From: Lama guanicoe
Lineage: Eukaryota
Direction: 5' to 3'
DNA: 64,000 nucleotides
NCBI GenBank assembly: GCA_013239625.1
Contig: MU053561.1
Location: 684,826-748,825, forward strand
Part shown: positions 1 to 12,160 of the stretch, piece after piece
Layout: each line of letters opens with the position of its first letter
Numbering within the stretch: the stretch's first letter is position 1
Notes under the pieces: generated by a model
The model's database searches: none
What the model was told of the DNA's origin: nothing
The model's input: only the letters and a program-made list of their open reading frames with translations
Translations under genes and position numbers: made by a program

Positions 1-274
1 CCCATTTTTCAGAAGAGAAAATGAAGTTAATTAACTTGCCCAAGATTTTCATCAGTAAAGAGCAGTCTGGATTTGAATCTAGCCTGTAGCCACCACTCAG
101 TGCCATGTGACATTCTAGGCTACTTCGAGGACTGTGGCCATGGTATTTGCCTGTCTTTTAGAATCTGTTGTTGGAGAGAAAAACAACAACTTCCCTGCTA
201 ATTATACCTGCTGGATACACCTTCCTCAAAGGCTCCTTCAGTATTTTCTTGGAAATTAATTGCTATCTGTTGTA

Positions 275-293
275 CCACCACTAGATGGCAGTA
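275..293 (+). promoter_or_regulatory. CTCF motif (forward)
   Basis: CCACTAGATGGCAG at 278-291 matches the core consensus CCASYAGRKGGCRS at 14/14; binding not shown. Confidence 0.6.
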
Positions 294-519
294 TTACCTC
301 AGAATGCTTTTCAAAGCGGCTGTACTCTGGGATCTGGAAATTCCTTTTTCATTTCACCCCTCCTCAATCAGCCTCCAGGCCATGCTCACAGGCAGCTCTC
401 ACATCACCTGGCCTGCTCTCAGTCCTCTGATCCAGACTTTCCATTGCCATCTTCCAATCCCAGACAGCGTCCCTCCCTTCCAGGATTTATTACAGTCAGG
501 AATGAACAGAAACACAGAC

Positions 520-700
520 ACTGGAGCATCACGCCTGAGCTCAAATCTGCAGCCTCTTACTAACATCTGCATGTGACCTGGCTTCGTTGTGCCTCAGTTT
601 CCTCATAACATCTCCACACTTTAATGAGAAGCAAATGAGTTCACTCCTATCAGGTTCTGGGACTTGGTAGAACAGTGGAGGTTCTCATAGAGCTCTCATA
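520..700 (+). mobile_element. MIR SINE fragment
   Basis: MIR core-like tgtgacctgg...gtgcctcagtttcctcat; boundaries approximate. Confidence 0.65.
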
Positions 701-1040
701 ACTGGATTCCTAGATTGAACCAAGTTCGAACTAAGTTCTCAAGTTTGAATCTAATATGAGGTCCTGGGGGACCTTTTGAATCTGATCACTGAGCTAAGGA
801 ACATTCTCTCTTCTAAGATGACGCACTTAACTATCAGCCTTCACTGCTGTAGCTTAAGTGAATTAATTTGCATAGAGGCACAGAGGGCCACAGGCAGAGC
901 TATTTGAGATGCTTTTGCAGCATCTCTTGAATTCCAGAGAACGTGTTCCTGTCCAACCTTGGATCTGACGGTGGGTTGGACAGGGCATCACCAGCAGGCT
1001 TGGAGCACATTTCAGGACGAGGTTGAAAAGAGATGTTGGT

Positions 1041-1071
1041 TTTGTTTGTTTGTTTGTTTGTTTGTTTGTTT
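1041..1071. repeat. (TTTG)7 microsatellite
   Basis: Perfect tetranucleotide run read directly. Confidence 0.95.
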
Positions 1072-2160
1072 CAAGCAGCCATTGGGTACCTGTTGAACAA
1101 TGTGCCTGCTTAATTTGGGTGGAGACAAATGGCAGGCCATTCCCGAGCAGCCATGGCCCAGCTTCTTAGAGAGTAAATGGAGTTTTGTGATCAGAAAGAA
1201 ATGCCCCAGTCCCCCACAAGGGAGGGCGTCCAGGCCCTCCTGGTCCCTGATGTGCCACCTGGCCATCCATCTTGCTTGAGCTGATTCCAGAAGTTAGACG
1301 AGTCCTGGACTTTGAGGTCTGCCCTCAAGCCCACCAGGGTGCTTGACCCTTTGGAGCTTCAGGTTAATATTAACCTTGGATTGCTGGAGCCTGAAGCCAA
1401 CCAGTCATGCACGAGGCTAAGTCAAACCAAGGGGGAATTTGCATCTTTCTGCAGCTCCCTTACAAGCTATGGGCCCAGTGGTTTGGCTGCCCCGTGGGTG
1501 GGGGCAACTGTGCAGCATGAGTCACAGGGAGGGATGGGGGCACAGCCCGAAGAAGGACTTCCTGGAGAGTGTGGTCATAGGCCAGTGACCCTTGTCGTTG
1601 GGCTGTATTGTTTGTCCTTGTTTTCCAGGGTCGAAAGCAGGAAGAAGTCTCTCTCCAGCTGCTGAGTTCGCTACATAGATCAGATCTGACCAGAAGTAGA
1701 TGGAGCCTCGGGGTGTGAAGGTGAACTAGGGAGCGAGAGCTGGAGTTATGAAGCTTTCTGAGATCATGGAGAGAGTTGGGCACTGGGTACAGAACAAGAG
1801 TTCAGGATCCCAGAATCCGCTGGGTGTCGGGGGTCATGGGCACGGCTGACCACATGGGAGATGATGTGGGATCCACTGTCAGTAGCCCACTGGTATGAGA
1901 ACCATTGACATCGTGCAGATGACTTGTGTTCTTCCAAACCAGTGACATTTGGGAGATGACTTGTTAGGTGGCAGGGGAGGGATGTTCAGCATAGGAGAGA
2001 AAATTTCTTCTACTGAGAGAGCAGTAATGTCCTCCCTAAACACCTCATGGCCTTGCTCAGACACCAGGGTGCCTCACAGCTGCCCTGTGATACAGTGGGT
2101 AAAGGGTCTCACACTGTAATACTAGTAAGTGGTACTAAGTCTTATCCTCAGTGCCAATTG

Positions 2161-2365
2161 GTAACATTCATAAGACATTTGCTATGTGCCAGACAATGTT
2201 CTAAGGGTTTTACAGGTAGTAACTTGTGAGGTGGGGGCCAGCTTTCTCCCCATTTTACAGATAAGGAAATTGAGACACACAGAGGAAAAGTAAGGTGTCC
2301 AAGATCACACAGCTGGCAAGCAGCAGAGCCGGGATTCAAAGCAGGCAATCCAGCCTCGAGTCTGT
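2161..2365 (-). mobile_element. MIR SINE
   Basis: ctatgtgccagac...ccccattttacagataaggaaattgagac...aagatcacacagct...gggattcaaa, the reverse complement of the MIR consensus. Confidence 0.85.
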
Positions 2366-2863
2366 TATCTCTTACCCTATTATTCATGTTACAGAGAATG
2401 GCTTACAGGAGACCAGAGGAGGAAGAGATGGCTTCTGGCTGGGGTGACAAAGGAAGTGGGTAACCCAGATAAGCAGCTGTATCAGCTGGCCCTTCAACAT
2501 AAATCCAACTCTATTTTCTGCTCCCAACCCCAGTCCTTGGGTCTGAAATAGAGCCTGCAGGTCCTGCCCCTGCATGAACAGGGGTAGGGTATTCAGCTAA
2601 GGCCTCAGGTCTGCTGAACCCGGAGCCAGGGGCGCAGCTAAGGAGGGGCTCTCAGAGACAGTCCGTGGATTCAGGAGAAGCCTCAGCTCACTGGCTGCCT
2701 TTGCCTCTGCCTGCACCTGCATCTGCACCAAAACACCGGGTGTTCATGCTTCTGCCTCTACCTGCTGCCCTTCTTCCTGTAACATTCGTGTCACTCCTAC
2801 TTGTCCTTATGGCTCAGTTGATGTGTCTTCCCAGCCACGAAGCCTTCCCCTGTGCTGTCAGGC

Positions 2864-2884
2864 TGTGTGTGTGTGTGTGTGTAT

Positions 2885-2917
<33 letters not shown>

Positions 2918-2928
2918 GGACAGACAGA
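2864..2928. repeat. Compound microsatellite (TG)n(GA)n(GACA)n
   Basis: Read directly. Confidence 0.95.
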
Positions 2929-3989
2929 AACATGTCACACTGTGTTCCAGTTGGTCCATTATGGCGGTGGCTCTGGCAGGACTTTGAGTGCATTGAGGCC
3001 AGGAACCATGTTGCATTCATTCTTGAAACCCACTGCCCAGAAGAGCCTGGCGTATAGTAGGCACATGATGAGTCTCTGCTGTAGGATTAGAGAACAGATG
3101 TTAAAACCTGCATCCTCAGACAGGGAAGCAGGCATTAGAATGTGGTCAGTCAGCATCAGGCCTTCCCGTCTCAACCCAGCATCTCCCTCCTCTCTCCTTT
3201 GATCATCTCTCTCGCTGCAAGAGTGTAGCCGATTTAATGCAAAGGTCCGGACATCTCTGGTTCCTGGACCGTGGCCTGATGTTCACATTTCTGAGCCTGC
3301 AGTGAACACGCTGGGTTATGCTGGGGCAGTCAGCTTCACGAGTGGTAGCTTTAGCACCCCCGGCCCCTTGCAGGTATACAGCACTGCCGACTCCCATTGA
3401 AGCCCACCGCTGAGGATGCTGAATGAGCTGTGTCAGGTCCAAATGGACTAACCAGCCTGCCGTGTCACTATGGGTAAGAGGAGTCCTTGGTGCCTCTGAA
3501 AGCAGCTGTCCTAGTCTTCCCTTCTCCTTCCTCCTGAATACACTGAGTTTGCAAACCCTCCTTCTCCAGGGGTCCTTTGTGTGCGCTCAGGGCTTACTCC
3601 TTGAACAAGGCAGCTTCAGGTTCTGTGAACGGGCCACCCGGCTGTTCTTATTCTGTGCTCGGTGGTGGCAGCCATCATTTGCTTGCTTCAGACCTATTTG
3701 ATCTGCAAGCTGCTGAATCCATGTCCTAGAACCAGGGGTTGACTATCATTTTTAAGCCATTAGACTACAGTTACCCCACTGCTCCAGCATCCCACTCTGA
3801 TTATTTCCACTGAGGATCAACTGTATGATTCTCGATCATTTAAGACCCAAACCTCAAAAAAAAAAAAAAAGAATCAGAAGACATTCCTGCCAGTGTGAAA
3901 CTGGTGAACACGTCCATCAGCACAGGAAACGCCCTTGTGTGTTTCCAGTCGATGCCTTCCCACCCACGGCAGAGATCACTTCCGATTTC

Positions 3990-4430
3990 TATCGCCACAG
4001 CTTAGTTGCACCTGTTCTGGAACTTTAAATTAGTGGAATCAACTAAACGATTGTTTATGTATGTACAGCTTCTTTTAATGCAACACAATGCTGCTAAGAT
4101 ACACTTAAGTTGTTGTTTATGTGAGTAGTTTATTCTTTTTTATTGCTGAGTGTTATTCGGTTGTGATAATATAACACAAATTTGTTTACCCATTCATCTG
4201 TGGGTGGGCATTCAGGTTGCTACCAGTTTTGGGGGGGCAGTTATTATGAATAGAAATGCTATGAAACTTCTTACACAATTCTTGGTGTGAACATGTTTTC
4301 ATTTCTCTTGGATAGATGCCCAGGAGAAAAATCACTGAATAACAGAGTGGGTGCATTTTTAATGTAGTCAGAAAAAGTTCTCCAGAGTGGTTGAGACGTT
4401 TTGCCCGCCCACCACCAGCGTACCAGAGTT
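3990..4430 (-). mobile_element. Old L1 (L1M-type) 3' fragment
   Basis: ttttttattgctgag...cccattcatctg...ttcatttctcttggatagatgcccaggag, typical antisense L1 ORF2-end/3'UTR. Confidence 0.75.
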
Positions 4431-4506
4431 TGGGCGATCCCTTAGGCTTCATTCTGTGAGCTCAGAGTCACTACTCAGAACAGTTCAAACCATGACAGTG
4501 GTTCTT

Positions 4507-4725
4507 TTTTTTTTTTTTTTAGTTGAAGTATAGTCAGTTACGATGTGCCAGTTTCTGGTGTGCAGCATAATGTCCTAGTCATGCATATATATACATACAT
4601 TCGTTTTCATATTCTTTTTCATTAAAGGTTATTACAAGATATTGAATATAGTTCCCTGTGCTATACAGAAGAACTTTGTTTTTTTTAAACCTATTTATAT
4701 ATATATAGTGGCTAACATTTGCAAG
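4507..4725 (-). mobile_element. Young 5'-truncated L1 3' end with 17-bp TSD
   Basis: Poly(T) then caagatattgaatatagttccctgtgctata; flanks ccatgacagtggttctt (4490-4506) and ccatgacattggttctt (4726-4742), 1 mismatch. Confidence 0.9.
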
Positions 4726-5299
4726 CCATGACATTGGTTCTTAAAACAGATTTTAAAGTGTTCTGTCCCCAAGAGATGCTTCATTTTTTTTTTTTGGAAG
4801 CTTCCTTCTTGAATGTCCTCGATAGGAAAAAGGTTTTCTATGCATTGGGACCTTACAGCCAGCAGGCAAACTTAGGGAGGGTGCTCCAGGAGCAATGGGG
4901 GAGGGGGAGGTGATACAGCTCAGCCCACCATGTGGGATCAAACCCAACAGTCAATTTGATGACAGATGTTCAAGCCAGCTCACCCTCATGTCTAAGAGTG
5001 GCTTGGTAACAAGTCACTATTCCATCCCTGAGCAATCAGAGAATTTATTTGCAGTCTGTTAGCTAATTGTTCCCATACTGAACACAGATCTTAACTAAAT
5101 GCCGAAGTGACATTTAAATTTCTGGTCTCCATTATGAAACAGCTGATAAATTACCATGCTTATATCCTGCCAGTAGAGTTTAATTTAATTTGCCTAAGAT
5201 TGCAGCTGATTTCTGAGATCCCTAAAACAAGATAGGAAGGAAATATCACAAAATGTGATGTAAATGCTACAGAAGAGACGGATTTGCAGCCAGGACTGG

Positions 5300-5460
5300 G
5301 GCAATGCACTCCAGCTGCACAGCATCTAGCAAGTCACATCACTTCTCTTGGCTGCAGGTCCCTCAAAACCAAAGTGAGAATGAGAATCCCCGTTTCTGCC
5401 CACCTACCTGCTAGGGTGGCTGTGAGATTCAAAGAAGATACAGTAGCATTTGAGTCCAGT
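5300..5460 (+). mobile_element. MIR SINE fragment
   Basis: gcaagtcacatcacttctct...cctacctgctagggtggctgtgagattcaaagaagata. Confidence 0.6.
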
Positions 5461-8108
5461 CTCTGCCGCATCCCACCAAAAGCTTGACTGTGTTGCTTAT
5501 TTAATTCTCCAAATCTGGGGTCTCCTCCCTGCAAAGTGAAGATGATAAGTGAATATAAATGAATCCCTTACAGGGGCGGTATAAGATTTGGGTGAGCTAC
5601 ATAAAGCACCGACCACTGAGCGCTCAGTAACGAGAGCTTCACTGTCAAGCAGGCTACTTGTCTGGGTCATACACCAACCAGATGGCAGTGTTCTCAACCA
5701 GTCGGCGGATTTACTCAGTTGACAAGCAACCTTTGCTGAAGTAGGCACCGAGTCCTGCTGACAAAGCTCACACAGTGACAGCCACGGTACCTGGGCTGTG
5801 ACTTGGAGCCCAAGTTCAGCCTCCCAGGTGTCCCTGGTCCTCCGGTCACTGGGGGAGGGGGCACACCCCTCTCTTCAGTATCAGATCACAAATAAACTGG
5901 CTGTGGCTGCCATCTGACACGGAGTGGGAGCTTCTCATCCCCCTACCCCGTATTCCCCTGGATTCTCAGAGGACCCACATTTCCTTCAGATACCACCTGA
6001 GTTCCCGCTGCTGCTGTGTTCTTGATCTCCACGTGTATCTAGCTCCTGTAGCCGTTCTGCTGTTTTCATCCTTCGTTGACCCAAATGTAAGACACATCTC
6101 CTTTTCTCTTTCCTTAAGGTCATTTCCTTTTATATCATATCACATATAAATCATCAGAGTGGTCTGATAAATTTATAATATCATATAGAATATAGTTTAT
6201 ATTTAAATATGTTATTACATATTATAATATATAATAGACTTTATAATAAAAATGAATATATCATTTTTCAGAATACAAGGTTTTATTCTAGTCATCACCT
6301 ATCTTTCTGCTCTTTCGTTTTCCTGCACTTCTTGTTGAGAGTGGCTCCTGATGGTCTTCCTTCCCTTAAATTCACACTTCATCATTTTTTGTGTAAGTGT
6401 AGGCACATGACCCAATTAAGTGCTCTATCTGTTCCTGTGAGAATATATACATACTGAAACACATTTCAAAAAGTCAGATGCTTTTTTTCACCTTTATATT
6501 ACAGTTAGGACATTATTTGATTTTTATAATAATGCACACGGCTGATTATATCATCTATGAATTTAATTTTGGGGTGGTAAAGGGGGCAAAAACTAAATAT
6601 ATCTAATAAAAAGAAGGCATTGGGTCTGACGGTGTGGAGAACCCTTGTTGTGGGTGAACTGAAGGACATGGGTGAATTGAAGGGACATCTTTCCATTCCT
6701 GTGGCTTCTCTTTTTCGCTGGCACCATTCTTGCTTGAGCAAACCCTGAGATCTGGCTGGGACCCTCCCTTTGTCTGTGAGAGCCGTATTTGCCGGCCAGC
6801 CACCTCCCTGTCTTTCCACTAGATGCCAGCAGCGTCTCAGGAGACTGGATGGCTGGGCTCTGCCTCCCTGGGAGTTTTCAAAAACAGTACAAGGAAAGTT
6901 GCTCTAGCTCCAAGGAAACTGCGGTCCTTCTGGAGTAGGAGGGCTGCGGAGTGCACCTTGACCACTTGGTCCCCTACCTGCTCTGGTTTCAGAACAACAG
7001 TGTCAAGTTTAGGCCCCCAGCAATGTATCAGGTGAGACCCGGAGCCTAACCAGGGATGGGACCCCAGATGCTATGCTGACCACCTCCCTGACCCACCCAC
7101 TCACCCACCCACCCACAGACTACATCTGCTGGAGACTGACCATAAATATTTACCTTTCATTAAACATGTCATCACTGCCACTCACTCACAGTCTCAAGAG
7201 CACCAACCCAGAAGCCTGTGGGGGCTGGAGCTCGTTGGCGGCAAACAGTGAACCTGTGATTTCTTCCAATCCATGGAAAACAGTACTCTCCTTTCTGCCC
7301 CGGTCCAGAGCCCAGGATAAGGCTCTGACTGTGCTGAGAAAGATCTTGGTCTTGGGTTTTGCTGAACAGAACTGAAAAAGAGTGAGCACTCTCTAGAAGT
7401 AAAAATAAAACTCCTCTGGATTTCCAAGGATCTGATGATAATATGGAGAGACGTGGAAAGACACTGGCAAATGTCAGTTTTGGGGGACTGCTGGGGAGTA
7501 TGCCCAGTAGCTGTTTACTTGTGGCATCCAAGTTATCGACCCACTCCTCCCCTGAGGCTGGCTGAGGTGGAGAGGATCCCTTTCACTGCCTCCTGAGACC
7601 CTAGTTCCCCACACTGGCTTCATCCATCCCAGTCAGGCAGGGACTCTGGAAGAATCTTGGATGGCCAGGAGCTGATCAGACACGGCGGGATTGAGGGTGG
7701 AAGGGGATCTGCAGGTCGGGCAGAATTCTCAGCCGCCTCTGCTGCTGCTTTTCCTACACCCCCTCCCCCCAGGGGAACCCATTTAGGTGGGGTGGGGTTT
7801 TCTCTCTCCCCAACCCCTCAAGGTCTCTGTATCTGGTGAAGAAGAGAAATGGTGCATTTTCCAGCTTTTTTTGCTCTAGGATCGGATAAAACCTTACTCT
7901 GACTTCTTTATTTTCATCCGTAACTACTGAGACGCAGTCAGTCACAAGAAGCCCATCCTTACTGCAACTAGAATCAGTGGGGAGGCATTTCCATTTCTGA
8001 GTTTTGAGCAATTGTTGGCTTTTATGGAATCCACTCACCTCTGCTGGGGCCTGCCAGGTAGTAAGGCTGGGTGGCAGGTGGTCACACGTGAGTGGTCACA
8101 TGCAGACT

Positions 8109-9262
8109 GGACAGGACTCAGGTCAGACAGGCTTTGATGAGGAGAGGGAAGGAAACATGCAGGAGAGTCTATCAGAACTACCAGAACTTCAGCCTCGAGG
8201 GGCCAAGCCCTGCAGGCCACTGGCTCCCCAGCCTGCACCGGCGCCTCTGGCCTCCACTTGGCAGGTGAGCCTTGCTCCCTTACCCTCGCTGTCTCCTTTC
8301 TCCCGGGGTCTGGTGAGGACTAGACACTTCAGGAGGCTCATGCCCCACCACACCTTGCTCCAGGAGGCCTGGTTTTCCCAGGTGACTACTTGAACCACGT
8401 CGTATGTCTTACTCTCTTAGCTTAGCCATGGGCATCTGTCCTTCTTCCGAGTATTGCTTCTGCTCTGTTCTCCTTTTCTGGAGCTGGGTCTGGTTGTGGA
8501 GCCGTGTCTCACTTTTTGTCCCTCAAAGTCATGGCCGGGGTAGTGGTGAAGTAGAGGAGAGCTTTCTAGGATCACCCCCGGCCTAGCTGACTTGCAGCAG
8601 CGTGCTCCGTATCGGCACAGATCAGCTAATTTCCCAGGTATCTTGAGCTGACAATCTGAACTTGAGTCTCCCCCTCCTCTGCCATTGGACGTACTTCAGC
8701 AGAAACATCGGAGGAGCACTGGCCCAGGAGAAAGGGGCTCCCCAGGCCTAAGCCTCAGGTCGGCAACACAAACAAGTCTGTGGTGCTCACAAATGGTCCA
8801 CCTCACTTCACTTCCCAGTGATTTGGGGCCCATAGCCTCGGATCATAACAAAATGTTTGTTCAGCCAAAGTTCTGTTTCTACAAATCCCTTACAGACTCA
8901 GGCCTTGAGGGAAGGTTACAGCCATAACTGGCGGCCAACAGGATTCTCCCTCTGCTACTCACCGGCCCTGTAACCCACGGCCAGTTATCCAACTTCCTTG
9001 AGTCTTGATTTCTTTTTCTGTAATAGGAGAATAATAGTTTGTATTTTAGAAGGACATTTATGAGGATTAAATAGGGTAATGTGTATGGAGAACCGAATAC
9101 AGTGCCTGGCGTGCGGCTGGTCTTCAGCGCTGGCTTTCTGTTGGTCCCTCGTTAGATGTCACACGGCACCGTGTGAAGCAGGGCAACGTCTCATGCTTCC
9201 AACCTTTCCTCCATATTTTCTTCCCTTTCCTCATCAAAGCCTGTCTGGCCTGGGTCCTCTCC
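8109..9262. repeat. 59-bp inverted repeat pair (8109-8167 / 9204-9262), 1036-bp spacer
   Basis: Hand alignment gives 51/59 identity without gaps and a 20-bp perfect core (8124-8143 vs 9228-9247). Confidence 0.9.
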
Positions 9263-9354
9263 CCGCACAGCCCTGTTCCCAGAACTGAGGAACTAATTCA
9301 AGCTAGGGTGAGGTGAAAGCAATAAACATTACTATCATGTATTTTATCAGACAC

Positions 9355-9927
9355 TGTAGGCTGCGCACACCAAATTCATCCTCTCATTGCCCCCCTCATG
9401 CCTTTCTCCTTAGTAGAGCCCCGAGTTTTTCCTCAGGTGTCCACACTCTTCCACGTAGCAATGTGCTTAGACAAGTTGATCCCACGGCCAACTCAAGGGT
9501 AAAAGCTGATCAGTCTAATTACGGGATGTTCATTCTTTAAGCCAGTGCTTAGTTTGGAGGTGGCCATGTACTCCTGTTCCAATCAGTGAATGTGAGGGGG
9601 TATTTGCTGGGGGAGCTCTTGATAAAGATTTCCTCATTGTTTCAAAGAGCTGTCACTGGAGGCCACCATGCCGATGAGGAACAGCATGCTTGTGACCACG
9701 AGGAGGGCCAGACCAGGACATAAGCCAACACGCTGGCTGAGCCTGGAGGAAGAAGACACAGAGACCTTGGGCCCCTGAGGATGTCCTCAAGCTGTTGCAT
9801 TAAATGAATTCTTGGAGACACTCTAACTTGTGGCTTCTTGTTATGTAAGGTAATAAACTGTCCATTAAGTGAAATCCTTTTGAGTTAGGATCTTTATTAC
9901 TTTGGCTGAGACATCCTGACTGATACA
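9355..9927 (+). mobile_element. MaLR (MLT1-type) solo LTR
   Basis: MLT1-like 3' part cttcttgttatgtaaggtaataaa...catcctgactgataca; 5' boundary approximate. Confidence 0.75.
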
Positions 9928-10574
9928 GTAAGGTACTTGGGGTGGTGCAGAAGATGGAGAGATAAATATGGCAGAATATTAGTTCCCAGGGAATATAAAA
10001 GCTATGGGGGAAGAAAAAAAAGAAGCACACACACACAAAAAAAAAATTAGGAGAAGGGCTTAAGTAAAGGCACGGGGAGAAGAGAGCAGGAGCAGACAGG
10101 AGGAGTGTTGGTTGTAATTCAACCACAAAAAGAATTTGTAGAGTCACAGCCCTCTTTTCCAAAGTGAGGCAGCTTGGCCTGAGTTTCTGACCAGCTAAGT
10201 AATGGCACGATCACGTAGGCCTTTCACTCTTAAACTGGCAGGTGGTCAGCGGTGGGGCCGCTGGAGCCAGGCAGAGGGAAGACAAGCTTTTCTAGCGGGA
10301 CTTCTCCAGCCAGGCCACGCTAGGCAGAACCCATTCTTTGTTCTCCATGACATTCCTCAGCCCCAGACCTAGGTCTTCTATTCGTGGTTCAGTTTTTCCC
10401 CTCGTGAAGGGTTAAGGCAGGAAGAGAGGGAGGAATGATGGCCTTGGAGCCTCATCCTGGTTCCAACAATGGGCTTCATGGCCTGGAAACAGGCAAATCG
10501 AGGGCACTGCCATTTCCCTCCCCAGCTGCCGGGCTTCGCCTCCAGCCTCACCTGGCCCCTCTCACCTTACCTCC

Positions 10575-11203
10575 TGTTGCTGGAGATTAGGTTCCTGTCT
10601 CATCGCAGAAAGATTTCAGGGATGAGACGTGGAGGTTAAGAAAGTAAAGTGAGGATTTATTAAGAGATAGGCAGTACACCCTCAAGGGGAGAGCGAGCAG
10701 GCTCAGGTGAGTGGCTGCCCTGAGCTTCTTTGGCAAGTTGGTTCTAACCATAGGGTATAAAAGTGAATGGGCAGGATATTCATTGGGGAGGGAAGGGTTT
10801 GGGGTTGTATTCCCTGATTTTCATCCCAACCCCACTTTCCAGAGGGGAGAAGGGATTTCTGCTCGGAAGTGTCATGGCGTCGGTGCATGATGGGTACTTC
10901 TAATCTGCAAGGCTAATTTTGTTGTAATAAGGGCATAATGAGCAAAACGTTACTTTCAGACACTGGAGATTCCTGCCTTTTCCCATCTATCTTTGTGGGT
11001 CTCCAGGACACCTGTCACCCCAAAATGTGTGATTTCATATCAGAGCCAAGGTTCCTGCTTTTCTCTGCCCAAGGATCCCTGTTGTTTACATGATGTCTGA
11101 CTTCCTCCATTTGGCCCCATGCCCCTCCTTTCTGCCCAATCCCTGCTATTTGGTCTGTGTGCCCATTTCTCTGCTCATGTCTAGCTATCTGCCTCCTTTA
11201 ACA
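10575..11203 (-). mobile_element. ERV1-class solo LTR
   Basis: TG...CA termini (tgttgctgg / ctttaaca); minus-strand AATAAA at 10661-10656 near the U5 end; flanks ctcc/ctac are a possible 4-bp TSD with 1 mismatch. Confidence 0.75.
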
Positions 11204-11479
11204 CTACCGCCATCACTCCAGCTTTTAACAAATCACAGGCAGCAGTGGCTGTGGTCGGGAAGTTTACTAAGAGGGAACAGACAGCAGAAGACCACTGCAT
11301 GAGAACTCATGAGCGCTAAGAGTGAAGTGGGGCTTTGACCAGCTTCCTGCCACCCCTGTCCTCCACTGCTGCAGCAACTGGAATTGAGTGGCACCCAGCA
11401 AGGCAGACACTGGAGGAAAGAGCCCCTCTTTCCAAAGCTGTGCTACCCAAGGACCAAGACTCATAACAGAGTAACATGG

Positions 11480-11725
11480 ATGAGAGCTTGGGCTCCAGGG
11501 CCAGTCCAGCTGTGTCTGAAGTTCGCTTCCACTTCTCACTGGCTGTGCTGTTTCGGTCAGATCACTGAACCTCTCTGTGCTTCCACTGCCTCATCTGTGG
11601 AATGACTTTAATAACAGCAGTTACCAGAAAGGATTTTAAGGATTCAATAAATGGAAAAACGTGTGTACAAGGTGACTAGAGTGCCTGGCACTGAGTGGAA
11701 ACACATCAACATTAACCACTGTTGT
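11480..11725 (+). mobile_element. MIR SINE
   Basis: ggctgtgctg...aacctctctgtgcttcc...ctcatctgtggaatg...agtgcctggcac. Confidence 0.8.
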
Positions 11726-11859
11726 TCTAGAAAACCGAAATCCTATGGGACTGCAGGGAGGTGATTATTCTGTAGCATCAAAATGATCAGGTAACTGAGA
11801 ACTGAACCTTTCAAACACTGAAAGTCTTTGACTTGATTTTCCAGGATTCTTTTCAGAAG

Positions 11860-12160
11860 AGATGTCCCTAATCAGTGTCTCTACTTCCTCTTCTCCAATC
11901 AGGCTTTTGTTTCTACTCTTGCAGTCCAGCCCAAGGTTTAATTCTTAGGCCTCCTCTTGCGCTGTCCGCAGCGCTGACGTAGGAAGTCACTATTGTCTTT
12001 AAACTCTTTCTTCTGTCGGCCCTTAGGACCTACTTCTCTCCCAGGTTTCCTCTTACCTCACTGGCTGCTCTTAGTCTCCTTTGCTGGTCTGTCCTCATTT
12101 TCCTGACTTTTTGAGGTTGGGGTATCCCAGGACTCAACCCTGTAAATTTCCTCATCTCAG
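11860..12160 (+). mobile_element. L2 LINE fragment
   Basis: tttcctcttacctcactggctgctcttagtctcctttgctgg...ggggtatcccaggactca resembles L2 ORF2. Confidence 0.7.

Noticed and set aside
6130..6270. Very AT-rich tract (similar one at ~27170-27250)
   Set aside because: Low-complexity sequence with no periodicity or structure I can support.
6816..6829. CTCF-like CCACTAGATGCCAG
   Set aside because: Mismatch at a high-information G of the core and no supporting flank.
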